This document shows positions 55,334 through 64,000 of a stretch of DNA of 64,000 bases, in pieces. The notes below the pieces were generated by a model. That model saw only the letters and a program-made list of their open reading frames with translations. It was not told the origin of the DNA and made no database searches. The stretch is taken from contig NIVC01000897.1 in the NCBI GenBank assembly GCA_002269645.1, positions 1-64,000 of the forward strand, written 5' to 3'. The position numbers and the translations under genes were made by a program. Numbering within the stretch: position 1 is the stretch's first letter; every line of letters starts with the position of its first letter. This DNA is from Macrostomum lignano (taxonomy: Eukaryota).

Positions 55334-55789
55334 CTAAGGAATGATAAATTGCTCAGGCAGTCTCAGTGCCTTGGAATATAAGCGAGAATTCTCCACCCCT
55401 ACCTTGAAGAATTTCTTCTTTTTCGCAGCAGCCGGCTGTGCATCACTGGTTTCGCCTTCAGCGTCAGCGTCCTCGTCAGCACCAGCATCTTGCTCTGGCT
55501 CGACGTCCGCGTCAGCGTCCGCCTGTCCGAACAGCTGGCCGAACACGAGGTGCCAGACGTCGCGAAAGTAGCGCCGCTGGCAGTCGAGGGCGCGCATCGC
55601 CAGCAGTTTGGCGTTGTCGGGATCGGTGAAGCGCAACTCGGCGTAGCAGCAGGGCAGGCAGCAGCCAGGGGCGCTGCAGCGCGTGTACACCGGCATGCAG
55701 GTGGACTCCAGGGAGAAGTCCCTGCTGATCGGAAATTGCCTGTCGGCGGCATGGCTGCGGCAGCATTGGGTAGTGCTGTAGCGTTGCAT
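55334..55789 (-). CDS. Single-exon 151-aa protein of the unassigned Cys-rich family, copy C, with an acidic tail and a KKKK basic patch
   Basis: GCCLPCCYAELRF...ALDCQRRYFRDVWHLVFGQLFG; GC-rich ATG-to-stop ORF homologous to 36788-37264. Confidence 0.7.
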   Translation of the reverse strand: MQRYSTTQCCRSHAADRQFPISRDFSLESTCMPVYTRCSAPGCCLPCCYAELRFTDPDNAKLLAMRALDCQRRYFRDVWHLVFGQLFGQADADADVEPEQDAGADEDADAEGETSDAQPAAAKKKKFFKVGVENSRLYSKALRLPEQFIIP

Positions 55790-56130
55790 GTTGAAGGCTG
55801 CTTTAAAAGGCGAGCTGCTCGAATTCCAAATTGAAAGTTGAAGCTAAGTGAGCAGAATTTTACTATACATTTATTTGTACGACTGTCTCTGGCAGATAGA
55901 CTGACTGGAGTATTCATTAGATACGCACTTTTAGCCTTCGACTGTTGCCACAGACCATGGGCCGGCGAAATTTTTTACCATTTAAAAGAATTATGGCCGC
56001 GGGCTAGATGAGAGCGGAAAAATAGATTGAGAGATGAGAGAGTAGAGGCGATGGAGAAGATGAAAGAAAAAAAAGAGGAGAGGGAGGGAGGGGACAGAAG
56101 AGTGCGAAGAAGGGAGAGGAAAAGGGTGAG

Positions 56131-56186
56131 ATGAGAAAGAGAAGGGAAAGAGGAGAGAGAAGAGAGAGAGTGAGTGAGAGAGAGAA

Positions 56187-56241
<55 letters not shown>

Positions 56242-56280
56242 AGAGAGAGAAAGAGAGAGAGAGAAAGAGAGAGAGAGAGA

Positions 56281-56338
<58 letters not shown>

Positions 56339-56353
56339 AGAGAGAGAGTGAGT

Positions 56354-56449
<96 letters not shown>

Positions 56450-56455
56450 AGAGAT

Positions 56456-56533
<78 letters not shown>

Positions 56534-56535
56534 CA
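56131..56535. repeat. (AG)n-rich microsatellite
   Basis: Imperfect GA run of about 400 bp. Confidence 0.97.
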
Positions 56536-56556
56536 GAAGAGACGCCAACCTTGAGC

Positions 56557-56642
56557 GGGCCGGATTGCTATTGTGAAGTTTCAAAGTACCCGAGAGGGCC
56601 GGATAAATTTAACCCACGCGGGCCGTAGTTTGCCGACCCCTG
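56557..56642. mobile_element. hAT-like transposon end
   Basis: Ends GCGGGCCGTAGTTTGCCGACCCCTG (reverse complement CAGGGGTCGGCAAAC, typical of hAT/Charlie termini); partner end not found. Confidence 0.5.
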
Positions 56643-57338
56643 CCATAGACAAATGTCCGGTAGCAACGAGAAAGCTATTTTTAGAAGTCTAATCACCGAC
56701 CAAACTGCAAAAAGTTATATTATTGCTCAACAATCAATCCACATTTGAACAGTTACTTCACACTTTAAAAAGTTCTAACAACAATGTAGCATATCTACTT
56801 TTAGTAGGATTTATTACAATGCTTCTAGGATAAATCTAGCTTGTCGGGAACTGCAGTCTCTGCAGTATCCACGAGACAGTTGTCACTAGATGAGTCTAGG
56901 ATTTGTGAATAGCTCGCTCTCCGTGTATATAGTCAGATGAAGTACAATGGAAGGACTCTGCGCTCAATTTACATAGAAGTGAGCTGGAAGCCGAAAGAGC
57001 GTAAATTTGCATTTAGTGTGCTCTATAATAGAGAAATTGAATTTGTCTATGGGAAAACCCATTCAGCGCCATTTTCAAGAGCGTACTAAATGGCTCATTT
57101 ATTTAAGCTTTTAGGCTCTCCATGAGTGGAATTCGAATGCGGAGCGACATTAGGCCAAGAAGATCACGGATGCGACGAGTTTCATGTTATAAAAATCGAC
57201 CGCACCTTCGAAAGCTGTGATACATAAGATTTTTTTATTTTCCAACAAATTTGAAACAAAGTGGCGTCATTTAAAAGAGCTGACTTTTTTTAAGACAAAG
57301 TATTATGCAAATAAAAGAAATTCAACCAAGAATAAATG

Positions 57339-57619
<281 letters not shown>

Positions 57620-58214
57620 CGGTCAATAGTCAAAATCGGTTTGGCTGTTCTGAAATTATTGAGAATTTTGTGCAGATAATAGGATTTTTGAAACTGAACA
57701 GGCCCGGGCTGGTCAGACCGTGAAGGCTGCGCAGCCAATCGGGAGAGAGGTCGGCTGCCTCACAGCGATGCGAGAAAATAACGGCAGTTCGGGGACTGGA
57801 CTGATGAAGAAGCGACGGCCGTCGCTGATTGGGGGAGCAGCCGGTGCTTTGGGGAAGCTGCGAGGAGCCAACTGCAAGGCGGCAGGCGGTGGATGCGACA
57901 TCCCCCCCCGGTGCGCCCAGGTGAGTATCGAGCAACTCCCCCTCCACCTGGACCAAAAAATTATTTGCCGAGAGAATTAAGAAATATATAAGCGACGCTT
58001 TCCTTAGCCTGAGGATAAAAGCAGAGTGCTGGAGATCCAATCGTGAAGTCTTGCTGGCACAGCTGCTGTGGAAGCGTTCAGAGGAATCGCGCTCCAACTC
58101 TTCTTCAACATCAAAATCCCAAACAGGTAGAAGCGGAGCAGGATTTCACCTGGCCTCTCGAGGAACGGCGCTTTTTCATGACGATGGACGAGCGACCTGC
58201 CGCTCTGCGAAGCA

Positions 58215-58278
58215 ATAACAACAACAAAAACAACAACAATAACAGCAACAGCAACAACAACAACAGCAACAGCAACGG
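58215..58278. repeat. (AAC/AGC)n trinucleotide repeat
   Basis: aacaacaac...agcaac run. Confidence 0.8.
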
Positions 58279-58849
58279 ATGCCCAAGTTCTATTGGGGCC
58301 AAATTACCGCAAAAGCAGGTGAGAGAGACGTTTAATTATTTTCTGCTTGTGTATCTCGGTTCGGTGTTTCTATCTCGGAACACACGCGCGTGCACACACA
58401 CATCTGCCGTCCCGTCTGTCCCAGCGGCTTTCAGTCTGTTAATTGTGCAACTGTTCGGGGGAGGAGTTATACATTAAATAAATCCAAGTGCGCCCCCTCA
58501 GCGGAGATATCTCTGGGAAAACATCCCGCCGGGTAATGATAGGGTCGGCTGTAGATTCCCCGGTCGGCAACGAGTGCGTCCAGTTTAATTAAAACATTCG
58601 GGGCGATGATGCGGACGCTGCTCTTTGTCACTCTTTATCCTCATTATGTTGTGACCCGTGCAGCCTAGTGTGGAGTAATCTTTATCTTTATCGTTATCTC
58701 AACCTCCCCTCTCCATCGAACAATGCGGCCGTGAGGGCTCGCTGTGTTGCCCTGCCATGCAGCCAGTATTGTGCATCAGGAATGCATCAGACTTAACAGC
58801 CTGCATGGATTCTTCTGCAAGGGGATTCCTCTGCACTTTCATGGCGTCC

Positions 58850-59012
58850 CCAGAGTGGCGCCCCCAGAGTGGCGCCCCCAGAGTGGCGCCCCCAGTGTTG
58901 CGCCCCAGAGTGGCGCCCCCAGAGTGGCTTCCAATGTGGCGCCCCCAATGTGGCGCCCCAGTAGGTACCCCCAATGTGGCGTCTCAGTAGGCGCCCCAAT
59001 GGGTGGCGCCAC
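58850..59012. repeat. Degenerate 14-15-bp GC-rich minisatellite (GTGGCGCCCCC core)
   Basis: Repeated gtggcgccccc(ag)a. Confidence 0.85.
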
Positions 59013-62000
59013 CCTAAAAAACTTAGCCTTCTCACCCTAAGCAACAGACTGGATACGCCATGCACTGGCTGCAGTAGGGAATTATCGGGATTTTCAAGGT
59101 ATCTGATTTCGGGTAGCCCCAAACCTTACAGCGGCTCGGGTTGTATCCTGGCTGGGGATCAGAGGAGAGGGGAAGAAACTCCGCATTACGCGGGTAACTC
59201 GACACCCAAGAGCGATGCCTGGACTGCAGGGGGATTCCAATCGCGAGAGGGATTTGAGCAGGCGCTGCCTCTATCGATACACGACGACAGTAGCGAGTTC
59301 TATAGTCACACATGCCAGCCTCTCTTGGTGCCCCATTCTTGATCTGCTCAAGCACTCGACTACTCGTCTCTTACCTGACCGTGTCAAACTCGATGGAGTC
59401 TTGACCCAGCATCGCTGCGTTCTTTAGTGAAGTGGGAAATTTTCCCAAGGGCGTCACGCTGGGATCCGTGGTCTCCCCTTCCCTTAGCTGCGGCAGGCCG
59501 CGGTGAAATGGGCGAATCACTTAACTTTAAGAATGCTTGTGAATCCCCTCAACCTAGACCTACCAACTCTTCTGCATCATCTTTCTTGAGTCCACTTGCT
59601 TCTGCTGAGTTTAGCCAAGCGGGTTATTCTGCCAGAGAGAAAGTGTGCCCGCGCCAGTTTTCACAGCTCCTTATCTGCTTTATTTCCAACTGCTCAATGG
59701 AACATGCCGGCAGCCTATTTTATGGAGGCCTACAGCGATGGCCGGGACTCAGCGATCAGCTTAGGGAGACTCTGAACTGAGCAATGTCAACAACAGCTCA
59801 CTCCACAGCCAGTCCAGATTGCGAAGCCTGCAGTCAGTCAGACTGATTGCCAGTCCCATGCAGCCTCATTAGAGTCGAGGCGAGGAGGTGTAACAATGAA
59901 AACAGAGAAAAAGCATATAGGAGAATTTTCCCTGTGCTGAGTCGGAGAAGGCACGGACTCGAGATTCCGAGCTGATTAATCCTTGGCTGGGTCCCCAGTG
60001 AATGAGGAATCTCTACCTGATGAGCAGTGAGTGATGCAGGATTGCAATAATTGCTGCTCAACGCAGCCTCTCCACTTCGGGGCAATTGTTTTGCTTTGTA
60101 AAAAAGAGAATTGCGAGTGAATTCTTTCGCGCTAATCACCCCCCCTTCTCTTGAGCTCGGCACCCTTGAGCGACTCGTTGAAAACAGCACACCACTTCCC
60201 AAAGAAAACTTTCTTTTTTCCTGTGCAACAAAGGATGAGCCTGGGCGCGTGCGTGCAGATCCACACAGAGGCGAAAACATAACTCTCTTTTTATTGCGAT
60301 TAGTTGTTCTGCTCCAGCATTGCGGCACTCGAAATGAAGCCCGAGGGACGGAGAGAGGGAGAGAACACGCGGTCGCCGCGTCGACACATGGGTGGACAGA
60401 TTTCCCATATTATTCATCCCTTGCCACTCAGTCAGCCAGTATCGGTTCTCCACCCCTGCCTCACGCCGAGTCGCCGTTCATGCCTCACTTAAATAGAGGG
60501 CTCAGGCTCCGTAGCAGCAGCATCTTAAGTCGATAGCCCTGTGGAGTGCGCCAGAGTAGCAGTAAGAAGTTAACGGGCAGCAGTTGCGCTAAGAGAGGGA
60601 CCTGGCTGAACTGAGCTGAAGTGGGCTTAAGGGTTTGACGGTCTCACTAAGAGAGTGAAGAGAAAAAAACGATGCAGCTGAGACAAAAGACTCAACCGTT
60701 TGAGTCCGGCCAGCAGCCACGTGTCCACCAGCCAGTGGGAGTCACAGGGAAGCCCGAGGATTAGGGCAGCGAGGCCACCTTCCAGTTTCCTCAGCTGCAC
60801 CTTGTGGCCCCGTCAGCGCCGGGCTGGTCCGCAAGACTCCACCTCCCGCGCCGTTTCCTCTCCCACGCTGCCAGTCCCGCGCGTCACGGGGCCCGCAGTT
60901 GGGGCGCCTGCTGCCGCAGCCTCCTCCAACCCTCCCCCCTTTCCCCTCCCGCCAAACGGGAAGAAAAGCCAGCAGAAGATGCATCTTTGAATTATTCAAC
61001 TGCGCAGCGGGAGTCGCAGAGGCGGCTAAGACGTCTCGGTGCAGGCAGACAGGCAGGCAGGGGATGGACTGGACTGCGGGTCTCGGGGCCCCCGCCGAGT
61101 CATCCACGGGACCTCGCCTGCAACTCCAGCCTCCACAGGTGTCACTCCGAAATATATGGGAATGAATGACGCTGCGTGGGGAGACGTGGGAGGGGTGCGG
61201 GGTGCTGAGACAAGCGGGTGAAGTTGAGGATTATAGCCGCGACTTTGCCGACAAGGACAGAGCAAGCAGGAGCTGGAGTTTGCAACAAACAGCTCGGCCG
61301 CATGCATTGGTCCTGAGCTGAATAATTTAGGCCCAGACTGCCACCCCCTCTTAACTTCAACTCCCCCACATTTTTCTGTTGCTTTCTGGGGAACTGACTG
61401 GAGAATTTAGCTGTCAGACAAATAGTCACTTAGAGGTAAGCCCTGCAAACACAATAGGCTTTTAATTCAAGTTCCAGGACTCAGTTTCTACATTGAATGC
61501 AGCTTTAACTATTAATCCCTCCTAGGCATCCATGAGCGCATTGAATCCTCCTTTTTTTAAAAGGATAACTTTGTCACTTTTTAACTAGTCTGATGATAGA
61601 TAGATAAATTGGCTAAAAAAGAAGAGGAAACAGCCTGACAGGCGGCGCGTGCCGCTTTCCCTGCCTCGCAGCTTCAGTCCTCGCTAGCTGCATCAGCAGC
61701 AGCAGCATCCCCTTGCCGCAGAGGCTTCAGGAGTTTCTAGACGTCAGGTGCATGCAGTCTCTGGCGCAGTTTTTCTAATCCAACTCTCGAACTCAATAGG
61801 TGATGTCTCAGCTCCAGCTCAAGGCTGGAGGGGGGTGGGCGTGAGACGTGCTCAAGTGGCTGGTTGCTTTGCAGTTCGATGTAAAATGTTAAAGTGGCGA
61901 GGAGAGGGAGATGCGAACTACGGGGGCTAAACTAGAGACAGGGGATTCTATAGTTGAATAAAGTCAGCCACACCCCTAGTCAAGGGCCAGGACAGGTTTC

Positions 62001-63066
62001 CAAGCCACAGAGATGTACAGCCAGTTTCGCATGGGAACTATTATAAAAATCTCCCCCTTCTTAGCACCCACATCATTCTTCCGGGCATCATTGAAACTGT
62101 CCTATCCTATAGATACTTTTGTTTCGTATAGAGAAAAATAATGGCGCACCTGGTCACTCATAGAGAGAACTTTAATAACGGAACAATAGGAGAGCCAGTG
62201 GGAGGAATCTCCGCAGATTGCGCTTTCTCTCAGTCCTCAGCGCTCGAAAAGACACAAAATGATTTGCAGACTCCCCGCAACCGTGCTCTAAGCATTTGTC
62301 CAAGTGCTCTATTGTCCTCTATCTGTCACGCGACTCAAGGGGGGGGGGGCGCCGGACACAAACTGTCGGAAAAAATCCAGCCTAAGCAGTGATTTCTATA
62401 AATAGCTTGGCGCACCCGAAGGGGCGTGGAAATTTCGCAGGTCGCCCAGCGGGGTGCCAAATCTTCAACAAATACAGCGAGTGACCCGGACAGTCCTCTA
62501 CACACTACCTGGGAAGCATAGCAACCCGTCAGCAAGCCGGGACCCCAGCTTTGTCTTCAGTTTGCTCTTCGAGCCCATGAAAAAGCGCGGGTAGCACACG
62601 CAGACTTCATCACTAGGCTGATGATGAGGCTCAGCCTCCGCAAACAGGAGTCTCCTGTATGTCAGAGCTGTTTGTCCTTTTGGTTAAAAAAACCGCTACT
62701 TTTTATACCAAAAAAATTGCAACAAGGAAAGCTCGTGTCACGAAGCGAAAAACAGGCAAATGGGGATCTCAGTAAAAAGTCAGTTTTTTTACTTTTTCTT
62801 TTCCCCGATTTGTAGAGATTAAAAGCATGGAGTCGGGTTGGCTGATGTTCGGAATCAAAAAGCCGCACTGCTTGAGGTGCACCTGAGCAGTTGTCTTTTT
62901 GTCACGTTCCGCCTCTCTGTTGAATCTCTGAAGAGCTGCAAACTTTTTCTTCACTGCTGCCTCTCAGCCGCTTGTTGTCTCTATGGGTCAGGTTTTATCC
63001 GGCACTGAGGTCATTGAGTTAATCAGGACAGCTGGCTCAAACTCTTACTGCATCAACCCGCCCGCA

Positions 63067-63308
63067 GCAGCAGCAGCAGCAGCAGCGTGGAGGCGGCCAA
63101 TGGCAGAGCGAGCCCGACAGCCCGACCCGACAGCCGCCTGGTGTCAGGCCTGCCTGCAGCCCATCGCTGACCGCTACTTCCTGCAGGTTGGCGACTGTCT
63201 CTACCACAGCGGCTGCCTGCGCTGCCAGCAGTGCCAGCGGTGCCTGGAGACTGCCGGCTCCTGCTTCGCTAAGGAGGGGAAAATCTTCTGCCGAGACGAC
63301 TATTATAA
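63067..63308 (+). CDS. LIM-domain exon (first LIM), probably of a LIM-homeobox gene of the Arrowhead/Lhx6/8 type; the gene continues beyond the window
   Basis: CQACLQPIADRYFLQVGDCLYHSGCLRCQQCQRCLETAGSCFAKEGKIFCRDDYY has canonical LIM Cys/His spacing and is followed by the donor AA|GTGAGA. The 5' boundary is uncertain (acceptor CCGCAG at about 63066 or ATG at about 63099). The subfamily call is from recalled similarity only. Confidence 0.8.
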
Positions 63309-63419
63309 GTGAGACTGGTTTGAGCTGCACGCGCGGGTTGCTATTGAACTCGTGTGATACCGGCGCTGGTTGACCCTCTCCGTTCCTGTCTGACCTTCTT
63401 CTGTTCCTGTTGGATCCTC

Positions 63420-64000
63420 TTCCGCCCCTGTCTCACTCTGTTCCGCCCCTGTCTCACTCTCTACCGCCCCTGTATCATTCTATTCCGAACCTGTCTCATT
63501 CTATCCCGCCCCTGTCTCATTCTATCCCGCCCCTGTCTCATTCTATCCCGCCCCTGTCTCATTCTATCCCGCCCCTGTCTCATTCTATCCCGCCCCTGTC
63601 TCATTCTATCCCGCCCCTGTCTCATTCTATCCCGCCCCTGTCTCATTCTATCCCGCCCCTGTCTCATTCTATCCCGCCCCTGTCTCATTCTATCCCGCCC
63701 CTGTCTCATTCTATCCCGCCCCTGTCTCATTCTATCCCGCCCCTGTATCATTCTATCCCGCCCCTGTCTCATTCTATCCCGCCCCTGTCTCATTCTATCC
63801 CGCCCCTGTCTCATTCTATCCCGCCCCTGTCTCATTCTATCCCGCCCCTGTCTCATTCTATCCCGCCCCTGTCTCATTCTATCCCGCCCCTGTCTCATTC
63901 TATCCCGCCCCTGTCTCATTCTATCCCGCCCCTGTCTCATTCTATCCCGCCCCTGTCTCATTCTATCCCGCCCCTGTCTCATTCTATCCCGCCCCTGTCT
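63420..64000. repeat. 21-bp minisatellite (CTATCCCGCCCCTGTCTCATT) in the intron after the LIM exon
   Basis: About 27 near-perfect copies running to the window edge. Confidence 0.97.

Noticed and set aside
57720-57920. Possible coding exon MKAAQPIG...PPRCAQ ending at a GTGAGT donor (perhaps an upstream exon of the LIM gene)
   Set aside because: No recognisable homology and no phase-verified link to another exon; insufficient support.
63461-63982. (MRQGRDR)n ORF resembling a heptad-repeat protein
   Set aside because: Antisense translation of a nearly invariant 21-bp intronic minisatellite with no synonymous variation, unlike the RPB1 CTD.

Overview
Eukaryotic (animal) genomic DNA, not prokaryotic. 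It has GT-AG spliced genes, long micro- and minisatellites and many transposon relics. The overall style suggests a flatworm such as Macrostomum, but that is inference only. Recognisable genes, with exon chains assembled by hand and checked for phase: a 5-exon RGS-domain gene (+, 966-10747); RNA polymerase II largest subunit (-, 6 exons, 14221-24837) whose CTD is dominated by YSPTSPT heptads; NDUFS8 (+, 4 exons, 27774-34459), head-to-head with RPB1; a tandem array of five LITAF-domain genes or pseudogenes (-, 41.8-52.4 kb); and a LIM-domain exon resembling Arrowhead/Lhx6/8 at the right end. A small non-autonomous LTR element (TRIM-like, with PBS, PPT and 4-bp TSD) sits in the RPB1/NDUFS8 divergent region and carries a nested foldback MITE in its 5' LTR. 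A 5'-truncated Gypsy pol with its 3' LTR lies in NDUFS8 intron 1. The most unexplained signals are: (1) three single-exon paralogues sharing a motif I cannot assign to a known family, CLPC-x~20-CQRRYF-x2-VW-x-L-x-F-x2-LF; (2) 36-44 bp hairpin insertions with 8-bp target duplications; (3) strong local enrichment of the octamer GTCTATGG. No CRISPR array, rRNA or functional tRNA is supported. Nothing here was checked by database search.
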